Below the pieces are notes generated by a model that searched no databases, was not told where the DNA came from, and saw only the letters and a program-made list of their open reading frames with translations. Below are positions 12,401 through 22,093 of a DNA stretch of 64,000 nucleotides, piece by piece. The position numbers and the translations under genes were made by a program. Location: positions 1 through 64,000 of the forward strand of contig NIVC01001679.1 in assembly GCA_002269645.1 (NCBI GenBank), given 5' to 3'. Origin of the DNA: Macrostomum lignano (Eukaryota). The first letter of the stretch is position 1; each line of letters opens with the position of its first letter.

Positions 12401-15289
12401 CGCACAAAACAGAACCCCGCGAGCACCCCACCCCACCCCAGCCCAGCCAATCAAAACACGCGCTGGGTAAGGCTCCACGACGAGGGGGGGTAGAAAAGAG
12501 AGGGTCTGCCGGCACAGCTAGCCAATCTGCGCACACGCAGGCTGCAGACTGGGTGGCAGACTGAGCGGTTCGCGTGCACCAAAAAAGGTGAGGAGGTCAT
12601 TGCGGCGCAGGCCACAACACCAGCATTAACGGGGGGTAATTGAGGGTGTGTGTGTGGCGACTTCCCAGTCCTTGGACTGAACAGCCGAACGCAGCCTTCA
12701 GATGCACCGCGCAATAGCTGCGGCTGAGCTGTCGGTTGCACATCTGCCCGTTAGGACAGGTGTAATCGATGATTATTTTAATACTACTTGAACAATAAAC
12801 TCATATAGCAACAGGTTATCGCTAAAATGCTAACACTGATAAGCACTAGCAAGATGAAACTCTGAACTGTCATCAAAAATCGCCCCTGAATCATACATGC
12901 GCAACTGCTGGCCGACCTGGCCGATCTGGCCACCGTAAATTGTGGTGGACTAGGGGTAAGTCGCAAAAATGCCCAGCCTAAAGAATACAGACGTAGTACT
13001 AATTAGATGACGAAGCATTAGCCCTTATAAGACAGTCATAGTTACTCCTGCCGTTTACCCAAAATTGCGTTAAGGTTTCTTGTACAGGTAAGTCGCATTT
13101 TTGGTCAAAAAGTAAGTCGCATGGCCAGTGTAAATCAGGGGGGTTGCGCATGTATGCCCTGAATCAACTTGGGGTAAATCGCTCCTAAAAACCAATTCAG
13201 AGCAAATACATCGTTTTATTAACCCATCTCATTTACAGTGCATTTGGCAAGGCCAAACTGGAGTAAGATTCGTGGACATTGGGTGCGGCAATGGACTTTT
13301 GGTGTACCTACTCAACTCCGAAGGGGTAAGACTTTGTAGTGCTACGAGTTTTTTAAGCAAAATAACAAATCCATTAGTGCTTTATTTTTTATTCCAGCAC
13401 AATGGAATCGGATACGATATCAGGAAGCGCAAAATTTGGGAAACCTATCCTGATACTGTCAGGCGCGCTCTGATTGTAAGTTGCGATTCGAGCACAGCTT
13501 TTATCCACCTTGATATCCGCTATCGAAGTCACCTCAAGAATCGCCCTCTCCAATCTACCTCAAGAATCGCTCTCTCCAACCCACCTCAACAATCGCCCTC
13601 TCCAACCCACCCCAAGAACCGCCCGCTCCAACCCACCTCAAGAATCGCCCTCTCCAATCCACCTCAAGAATCGCCCTCTCCAATCCACCTCAAGAATCGC
13701 CCTCCAACCCACCTCAAGAATCGCCCTCCAACCCACCTCAAGAATCGCCCTCCAACCCACCTCAACAATCGCCCTCTCCAACCCACCTCAAGAATCACCC
13801 TCTCCAACCCACCTCAAGAATCACCCTCTCCAACCCACCTCAAGAATCACCCTCTCCAACCCACCTCAAGAATCGCCCTCTCCAACCCACCTCAAGAATC
13901 ACCCTCTCCAACCCACCTCAAGAATCGCCCTCTCCAACCCACCTTAAGAATCGCCCTCTCCAACTCGTATTACTTTACTTCTAACCCCCGCAGGAGCAGA
14001 CTATTATACCTACAGCTGAAGGTCTCGCTTTCCCCGAAGCAGACTGGTTGCTAGGCAACCATAGCGACGAGCTGACTCCGTGGCTACCCGTGCTGGGTAG
14101 TCGCAGTGGCTGCTGTGGCGTCTTCCTGCTACCTTGCTGTCCGTTTAACTTTGACGGCAGTCGATACGATCGTCGGGGAGGCGTCGCCGGTGGCGGGGGC
14201 AGCTGCAGTCGCTACCGAGACTACCTATCCTACATCGGCGACCTCTGCCATCGAGTTGGCTATAACTCGGTTAGTCGAGATTGTTTGAGAATACCATCAA
14301 CTAAACGAGTTTGTTTTGTTGCTACACAGTTAGATGCTGAACGGTCTAAGCTGGTAATAAGCGAGTTAGCTCTGCCCGAGTCTACTAGTTCGTTTCGACC
14401 GCGTTCTGTTGACGCAGAGATTACGCCTAGAAATTGCGCACGAGTGCCCGTAGATACCAGGCAACGCGTGGAATTGGCTTTGTTTCGAGCTTTGTTGGAG
14501 GACGGTGATCTGGAATTGATAGATTGCGCGAACAAAGACTGCAATCATGACGATTCTAGGGAGAGAGAAGACGCCAGAACTAACAGTATCACAAGCGACA
14601 AAGACTTCGATGCTGATTGCCACCAAGGCGACAAAGACTTCGATGCTGATTGCCACCAAGGCGACAATGACTTCGATGCGGATTGTCACCAAGGCGACAA
14701 AGACTTCGATGCGGATTGTCACCAAGGCGACAAAGACTTTAAAACGGAAGACATTCAAAGTGACAGTGACAACAAAGATCTCAAGGGTCACTTAAAAAGG
14801 ACCAATACGCAACGATACCGCAATGGCCAAGATCGCCAAACTAAAAAGCCAGCAAATTATACAACTAGCCGAACAACAAAAGCAAAAACAAAGACCTGGA
14901 ACACCGGTAGAAGCCTGCCGCTGTCTCAGCTAATTAGCCTACTATCTGAGTCGGATCGGGCTGCACTAAAAAACGAATGCGGCGGTCTGCAAACTTTGTT
15001 GCGCAATTGTCATCAAGCGTTTCGCGTTCAGTCTGGCGTGGTGTCCATTCGACGCCCAATTTCTATTAAGTCGGCTGAGGCGGCGGCGGCCGCTACCGAG
15101 AAGCAGCGACTGCGGCGCAAAACCAAACCGTGCTGGATGGACCAGCATCATCCCGATGGTTGCTGTCTGCCAGCGGCTGACTGCGCGTTCAAGCACGCCT
15201 GCGAGACAACATCGACTGATGTTGACTCAGTGGAGATGGCTACTGTCCAGTCTAGCACTTCTTCATTGTTGACAGACATATCAGTGTAG
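3435..15289 (+). CDS. TRMT44: tRNA (uracil-O(2)-)-methyltransferase; join(3435..3742,4214..4511,13239..13325,13398..13475,13994..15289)
   Basis: Motifs WLEKPHV, WSERTNAEKFVYEDIGIAAYL, FVDIGCGNGLLVYLLNSEG, DIRKRKIW, GNHSDELTPW, LPCC and a C-terminal KTKPCW..HHPDGC...C.F.H zinc finger. All four introns are GT-AG with consistent phases (2,0,0,0). Confidence 0.93.
3760..4080. repeat. Degenerate ~26-bp minisatellite (TTTAAGAATCGCCCCAGAAAACACAC) in TRMT44 intron 1
   Basis: About 11 imperfect tandem copies are visible. Confidence 0.85.
4842..6385 (-). mobile_element. P-superfamily (THAP9-like) transposon, internally deleted, non-autonomous
   Basis: Perfect 26-bp TIR CACAGAATATACACAGAATGGCGAAT (4842-4867 / 6360-6385) and 8-bp TSD GTTCATTC (4834-4841, 6386-6393). 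A THAP start MTASASRLQCAAYGCPN...FHRFP runs from 5905 on the minus strand. P-transposase C-terminal motifs CAYVGGW..CKC, LVTPS and C.EH...FSKLRLHH lie in 5212-5783. Confidence 0.92.
7590..7830. repeat. ~125-bp imperfect direct duplication (AT-rich)
   Basis: The block AGTACGTAAATGTTAAAAACTTTT...CTTAGCAAAGCAAAGAAAGTAAGCAAATAAGCAAA occurs twice in tandem. Confidence 0.75.
7917..9217 (-). pseudogene. Decayed PWWP-domain gene nested antisense in TRMT44 intron 2; putative exons 9217..9095 and 8557..7917
   Basis: PWWP motif GTLLFAFW...SWWPAMV...LHVQFFGKTASRGWV in 8073..8453. ATG 9217 leads to a GTGAGT donor (phase 0) that joins a TTTTTAG acceptor at 8557. In-frame stops and a frameshift precede the domain and a TGA at 8073-8075 interrupts its C-terminal part. 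Confidence 0.7.
8860..9060. repeat. 18-bp minisatellite (CCTTATTTAAGTGACCCG) in the intron of the PWWP pseudogene
   Basis: About 10 tandem copies. Confidence 0.85.
11150..11460 (-). mobile_element. Mariner (DD34D-type) transposase C-terminal remnant
   Basis: GWESLSHPPDSLDLSPCDFLLF..VKESIQGRNF..EEEV resembles mariner HPPYSPDLAPCDF. A shifted frame gives the terminal WQKCVEAEDAYFK*. Confidence 0.85.
11520..12770 (+). mobile_element. tRNA-derived CORE-like SINE (family A), split into 11520..11660 and 12620..~12770 by a solo LTR
   Basis: A-box/B-box head (GCCTAGTG...GGTTCGATTCC) and core GTGTCCTTGAGCAAGACACTTAAC...CAGCTGTAAAATGGG. The 3' half resumes exactly where the intact copy at 34110-34409 continues. 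Confidence 0.85.
11661..12619. mobile_element. Solo LTR (959 bp)
   Basis: Termini TGTTGT...ACAACA, 4-bp TSD CCAG (11657-11660, 12620-12623), internal AATAAA near 12345, no coding domains. Confidence 0.85.
12892..13156. mobile_element. MITE (P or hAT superfamily), 265 bp
   Basis: 14-bp TIR CATACATGCGCAAC and 8-bp TSD CCCTGAAT (12884-12891, 13157-13164). Confidence 0.88.
13505..13965. repeat. 26-bp minisatellite (AAGAATCGCCCTCTCCAACCCACCTC) filling TRMT44 intron 4
   Basis: About 17 tandem copies with 24-bp variants, lying between donor 13476 and acceptor 13993. Confidence 0.9.
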
Positions 15290-15448
15290 CATTGATTTTG
15301 TCGAAGGTTTCATCGGTGCTTACAGAGAATAATAATAGTACAGGCGGACAGAAAGGCACCTTTGGGTTTGCTTTTGAGGTTGAGTTGTGACCATTGTTTG
15401 GATGCCCAGCCCAAGTGCGATAACGTGGTCGGCTTACTGCTATCGCTA

Positions 15449-15783
15449 TGTAGTAAGTCGCGTAGGCATCACTCACAAAAAAAGTGGGCAGTGCGAGAAA
15501 AAGGGGCACAAGGCAATAAATAGCAATCCCAGGCCTGGAGCGACGAAAACAGAAAACACGCACTGGCCAGCCAATCAAAACCCCGCCTGGCGGGAGGGTG
15601 CAGCACCCGCACCAAAGCCGGCCCGGCCGCAGCCAATCAACGCAGAGCACGGGGCAGGGCGCACAGTTGGGGAGTGGCACGCATAAAGCCCAGCGGCCAG
15701 CCAGACCTTGCCACACCCCAACCCCCCAGCCAGCCCCAAAGTACATCGTGCCCTGCCAAATAGACAAGGGCAGATGTACTACA
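15449..15783. mobile_element. LTR-like segment downstream of TRMT44
   Basis: 7-bp inverted ends TGTAGTA...TACTACA. It shares motifs (AATAAATAG, CAGCCAATC, GAGTGGCAC) with the 11661-12619 LTR, but no TSD was found. Confidence 0.4.
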
Positions 15784-16259
15784 CAATTGTAAGAATCAAA
15801 AATGAAAGACAAAGTAAACAAAGTATATTTTACATCAATGATCAAAAGGCATATTATTTATTAATCATCACCGATAGAATATCGATTAGAATAAAATGGA
15901 CTCGATGGACAGAGGTTAAATCCGCAAGCAAGCACAACCCAACCTCACGCAAACCCTCGCATCATTCACAATACCAGGACTCCTAAGGCTCGTTCTCATC
16001 GCCAACAAATGCAGAAGCTATTTTTTACTTCTTTTCGTTGCTTTATATTCGTATCTAAATCTTGTAAAGCGTGAAAAGAAGACAAGCGGACACTTGAAAA
16101 CCTGCATTTGTTAATTTATTAAATATAGTGTAGTCTTATTAAGATAATGCTGATGGTGCTTGTGTTTCGGTGTATCTTCTGTGTTATATTCATTATGTTT
16201 GCTTCTTCTATAATCGAGTTTTGCATACTACTAGTATAAATAGCGTAGTTAGACTGTTT

Positions 16260-16558
16260 AAAGGCCAAGGGAACAGCGACATTGTCACACAACCGGCGAG
16301 AGGCATTACTGCCCATTCCGCCGACTCGGCGGGGATACGTGACGCAGTCACAGGAGTGTACAGCGGCCCTAACTGTATTATTTATCGTTAGGCATGTACA
16401 CTTAAGAGTGTTGGTCCTCAATAGCGTCAATTGTACAAGCAGACCCAAGCCGAGATTTTCCAATTTGGTCCCAAATTTATGTGACCGCACTGACTTGGAA
16501 TCGAGCCTGGGCCGCTGGCACATCAGAGCCTGCGCTAGACCACTAGGCTACGGCCCCA
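16260..16558 (-). mobile_element. tRNA-derived SINE (family B)
   Basis: The reverse complement begins GGGGCCGTAGCCTAGTGG...GGCTCGATTCC; the body matches the full-length copy at 43907-44289. Confidence 0.85.
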
Positions 16559-16654
16559 TCTCCCCAGTAGTGCAGTTAGAATTCAATTATATTAGCTCGT
16601 ATTTATAACCGAATTTCAGCTGGAACAACAACAAAAACAATAGCATAAGATCGA

Positions 16655-19557
16655 ATGGCTTCAACAACAGAAGCTGGGCCTGAGAATGAAGACAGCGACG
16701 ATCAAGATCTTGTCGGTGACACTTGCTGTTGCGCCTGCTGTCATACCTGCGCTCTGCTGTTTCCAATGCTACTAGTAGCAGCCTTCATATCTGGCTTATC
16801 GCTGGGCGCTCCCGGCCCAACTCTGCTGGCTATTGAGCACGCCACCCGATCCCGAGAGGACCAGGCTGTATTATTATTCTCTGGTCGAGCTGTCGGCGCG
16901 TTCTGCGGCGCGTTGCTAGGCAGATTCTTAGCCGATTTTGTGTCGCCTCGAACTCTGATTGGCTGCGGCTTGGCCACCGCTGCGGCGGGCAATGCCATGG
17001 TGCCTGCCTGCGTGCACATCTGGTCCTTGATGCCGGTATTCGCTGTACAGGGCTTCGGAGTCTATCTGTGTCTGAGTGCAGTGTGGGCCGCTGTGAGGCA
17101 TCGGTGCTGGAAGCAGCAGAGTAGCAGCGGCTATTTGAGCAGGCGAGCTCTGTTGGCCTGTCTGGCCGCTGGCATGCTGCTGGCTCCGCTGGTGGCGGCC
17201 CCGTTTGCTCAGCCGGGGCCTGGCGGTTTGGTGCCCGGTGAGAGTCAACCCGTTTTTGCTCTGTATAAGGGTTCTTTCGATACATATCGGCTCTTTTTTT
17301 AATTTTTCGCTTTACCAAGCTACAAGGCGTGATTTTCAGCAGTGACTGACTGACTAACTGACTGACTGACTGACTGACTGACTGACTGACTGACTGACTG
17401 ACTGACTGACTGACTGACTGACTGACTGACTGACTGACTGACTGACTGACTGACTGACTGACTGACTGACTGACTGACTGACTGACTGACTGACTGACTG
17501 ACTGACTGACTGACTGACTGACTGACTGACTGACTGACTGACTGACTGACTGACTGACTGACTGACTGACTGACTGACTGACTGACTGACTGACTGACTG
17601 ACTGACTGACTGACTGACTGACTGACTGACTGACTGACTGACTGACTGACTGACTGACTGACTGACTGACTGACTGACTGACTGACTGACTGACTGACTG
17701 ACAAACTGACAAACTGACAAACTGACAAACTGACAAACTGACAAACTGACAAACTGACAAACTGACAAACTGACAAACTGACAAACTGACAAACTGACAA
17801 ACTGACAAACTGACAAACTGACAAACTGACAAACTGACAAACTGACAAACTGACAAACTGACAAACTGACAAACTGACAAACTGACAAACTGACAAACTG
17901 ACAAACTGACAAACTGACAAACTGACAAACTGACAAACTGACAAACTGACAAACTGACAAACTGACAAACTGACAAACTGACAAACTGACAAACTGACAA
18001 ACTGACAAACTGACAAACTGACAAACTGACTGACAAACTGACTGACTGACTGACTCACTGACGATTAAAGATTCTACTCAAAGTAATATTTTTTCGATAC
18101 ATATCGTCAAACCGATTTTTCACCCGCTCGCTCCTTGCAGGCAATGCAACTGTACTTGACGAGCACCGGCCAATACATTTGATGGGCGTTCGAGTTCGAA
18201 GGGCAATAAATGCAAGCATAAATGCTACTACCGCATTGGTTGAATCTAACGTTACCATGACAACAATAGCTGAGGAGCAAAGTTCTAGTTTATTAAATGC
18301 TACAGTTTCGCCATTATTGTCGCTGACAACTCAAATTCCAAAGCCGCCCGTACAGCGGCAGCAGAAATTACAGCCGCCATTATCAAAGAAACCTGGACTG
18401 GCTGATGGCAAGCACTTGGATCAGTCTTCTTCTGTAGCGGATGGCAGCAGGCATGGACGGGTGTTGAAGCTTCACAAAGAGCAACAAAGACTAGGCAGTA
18501 TTAATCGGGTGTCGGCTGTTTCGCAGAAATCAATTATTAATAACAGACTTAATAATAATACGCCCATGGTAACGGCAGCCTTGCCAACCGTATCGAATAA
18601 CAACTCTAATAATAATGAGTCAGTAGCAACTAACGACACCTTAGTTATTAATGATCACTATAAAAGTAATAGTTCCAATAATACGATTAAGAAGTTGTCC
18701 ATAGCAGCCGTTGCCATGACTACACCAGCGGCAACTACTGCGTCCGAGTCAGACAATAAAGAATCAACAATCGATAGTAGAACGACTTTTGAATCAAGAC
18801 TATCGGTAACTACAAAGACTAGTTCAGCTCGTAAAGAGATTGCATCTACAATGGCAACTATTACAGATAATAAATCAATAAATAGCAGTTTAAACATGAA
18901 TGCAACCAGTGAGTCTACTACAAATACTGCTAAATTGATCACGGCGCTATCCACTCTGTTCACTCGATGGCGCCGGTTGGCGCCAGTCTACGGCATCTAC
19001 GGCGCATTGGCGTTCGTGTCTTTCATCGGCGCCGCACTGGCGGGCGTCTGTGCTCTGGTCTGCTGGCGCAGACCCTACGATCTGTTTCCTAGCGATCAGA
19101 ATTCTTGGTCAGGCGAATTCGAATCTGTAGAGGTGGAAGGCGGTTATTCGACGGAAATGCAACTTGATGGCTTAAGCGACGAATTCGATGAGTCGCTGGT
19201 GTCAGCGTTGCCTGAGCAGGCAGCGCTGCGACTCTGCCTGTTCATAGCGGCGTTCTGCCTGCACAGCTTAGAGGTGACCCTCGGCTGCTATCTGTTCAGC
19301 TATTCGATTAGATATTTGCACCTCACTGTGCTGTCGGGCCTCACGCTTGTCTGCCTGTTGTACGGCGGGATGCTGGCAGCGAGGCTAGCCGCCTTCGGCG
19401 CCGGCGTTTGTCTGCGCTGGTCCAGGTCCTACCGGCTGCAGCTAGGCGCTGGGGCTGCTCTGCTCTGCTGCGGAGTGGCCTGTCTGTGGCCTTGGGGCTC
19501 TCGGTGAGCGTTCTGGCTGTCTGTCTGGCTGTCTGTCTGGCTGACTCTCTGCCTGCC

Positions 19558-19640
<83 letters not shown>

Positions 19641-20450
19641 GTATCTGTCTGTCTGCCTGTAGGACTCTGTATGTCTGTAGTATGTAAACTTGTCTTTCCT
19701 TCCGAGACTTTTTGTCCGATTGTCTGGTGCTCTGAATTCCATCTGTCTGTCTTAGTGACTGTTTATAGCTGCTTGTCTCTGCTAAGTGTCTGCATCTTTC
19801 CCTTGTCATCGTGTTCCTCACTCCTGCATCTCAATTTTAGCTGGCTGTGTCTGGCAGCCCTACTGACCGGTTCTGGACTGGCCCTGCTGTTGCCAGCTCT
19901 GGAGGACGCCTGCGACATTTGGCTTCTCGTATCAGCTGAACTGGTCACACCTGATGCCAGTGCTGCTGCTGCTCCGCCTGGGTCTCTGTCGGCATCTCCT
20001 CCTGAGGAAACTGAAGCTCCTGGGACAGCGGCTGAGACAGCTGTAGTGTCTGCAGATGCAGCAGCTGCAGCGCCAGCCAACTCTGCCAATGACCCGTCAG
20101 ATCACAACAACAATGCCGACAATAAACCGGTCGAAGCTGGTGTCGCCTTGCTTTCGCTTTTGCAGCAGCGACGGCAGGGAATTGAAGCCAGGCGTTGCGC
20201 CGCCAGCTTCTTGGCCTGCGGTCAGCTGACTGGCGAGATGCTCGTGCCAGCGTTCACCGCCTACTTGCACCGGGTGACCTCCAGTCCGCTCGTGTTGGTC
20301 CACGTGTCCATCTTGTTGGCCTGTCTGTCTCTGCTGTCTGTTGGCGCCACCTGCTACATTGGCTGGTTCCACCTGGTCGGCAGTCAGGCAGAGGAGGAGC
20401 AGCAACCGGGATACAGGAGTCTGGCACAGGATGACACTAATGAGGACTGA
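16655..20450 (+). CDS. MFS transporter, MFSD4/NaGLT1-like; join(16655..17237,18141..19503,19841..20450), ~851 aa
   Basis: GPTLL motif after TM1, R.VG...G in TM2, and about 12 hydrophobic segments. Donors GTGAGA 17238 and GTGAGC 19504 and acceptors TTGCAG|18141 and TTTTAG|19841 keep the frame (phases 1, 2). Confidence 0.85.
17343..18057. repeat. Compound microsatellite (ACTG)n then (ACAAACTG)n then (ACTG)n in MFS intron 1
   Basis: The unit switches at ~17701 and switches back at ~18025. The long SVSQ/VCQF ORFs are repeat artefacts. Confidence 0.97.
19510..19660. repeat. (CTGT)n microsatellite in MFS intron 2
   Basis: Direct reading of the sequence. Confidence 0.95.
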
Positions 20451-20559
20451 TTGAGGACTGTTTGCTAATTCATTGCTCCTGTCTCTGTTTATCATCACAA
20501 AGCCTAAATGTCTAGCATCCAAATTTACAAATCTAATAATAATAATAATTATTATTAGA

Positions 20560-20812
20560 TGGGCAAGTGTGCAACCGACAGCTCAGCCGCAGCTATTGTG
20601 CGTCGCATCTGAAGGCTGCGTACGGCTGTTCAGTCCAAGGACTGGGGGGGGGGGGGGGTCACCACACACACCGTCAATTACCCCAGCTAATGCTTGGCAC
20701 CCATTTTACAGCTAAGTGAACTGCAGCAATGCAGAGTTTTGCAATGCAGAGTCTTGCTCAACAAGGGCACAAGTTTTTCCGATTGGGTCGAGAATCGAAC
20801 CCTCGACCTTCT
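20560..20812 (-). mobile_element. SINE family A copy
   Basis: Matches 34140-34400 (GTGCAACCGACAGCTCAGCCGCAGCTA...CACCCATTTTACAGCT...GAATCGAACCC); an (AAT)n tract lies at ~20535-20558. Confidence 0.85.
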
Positions 20813-22093
20813 TGTAAAATCGTAGCTTCACCCTTGCGAGCGTAGGCTTAAAAACGTCATTCTATTAGTACAATCTATATAATAATACGCTTATGAAAGT
20901 CTGCTTGAGTATACTTTTACACCTTATATACAGTTTGTTTTTGAAGTCACTTTCGGTTGGAGGCAAATTTTTTCCTTGCATAAGCGCCTCGTGTGATCCC
21001 ATGACTTCATGCCTTAATTATAGCCGTTATGTATAACTCTATAAATGGCGTTAAGCCGGGTGAATCACAGGCTAAAAATAGCATAGGAGTGCATGACGTC
21101 ATAGTTTGTAGATTATCGCCGAACAAGTAACGTACTTTGCCATTGTCCCTATAGTACTTAAAATTGAGCTTGATTTTAAATTTCTTAGCTTAACTTAATC
21201 TTAATCTTTATCTTAAACAGATCAGAAGTTGAGACCGTCTGCGTTATTTGAGAGTCCCAGTATGAGTCAAAACTTTATTCTATAAGCCTTGCCGTATTTT
21301 CTGCTCCTGATAGAACTTCCATTATTGTGCATTCATTTTCATGGACAAGTTTTTTTTGCTTCTTTCATAAATAAGATTTTACAGAATTATATGCTTTTGA
21401 TGCCCGTATATTTTCCTATTTTGGTATTTTGGCTTACTTTCACTTATCATTGCTTTTACACAGCCAGTTTATTTCATATGAATCATAGTTGATATTTTTG
21501 TGCTGATATGTTTTACTCAATGGTGGTGCCAATCTCTTATTGCTTCGTTTCATAGCCTACAAAGTCTCTTATTTTGATCTTATTACTTTGTGTTTTACAA
21601 TTAACTTAAGAAAATCTTCCTAGTAAATACACTAAATGGTGCGCGAAGTGCACAATGCAATTTGGCAGTTTTGCTTCTTCTGTTACTGCCTGGCAATTTG
21701 TTTCACTTGCTTGAGATGAATTATACATTAGCAGCTAGCTTGGTTTTTTGCTTTTTGTCAATTTTATCTCCAGTCACCAGTCTGGCTCGCTCGGCTCGCA
21801 CCGGGTGCTCTGGCCATAGACTATAAATTAAAAGCGCATCACCGAGCCGCTCTCGCCAGCCCAGCCACCCCAGTGCGTGTGGCTTCGTACAGTCAGGCTA
21901 TGCTGGGGTGAAGCCGGCTTTAGTGGACTAACAAGACAATTTATATTAGAGATCCTGAGAGAGAAAGAGAGCGAAATACGTTAAGATCGAGACGAGTAGA
22001 ATCTGGAGGACGGCCAGAGTAGCGACTGCTACGAGTAAACAAGATAATTTTTGAATCGGCCATATTGACAGGGACCTATAATAAATCAGCAGC

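Noticed and set aside
16830-18058. Long minus-strand ORFs (SVSQ/VCQF repeats)
   Set aside because: They are translations of a stop-free microsatellite inside MFS intron 1.
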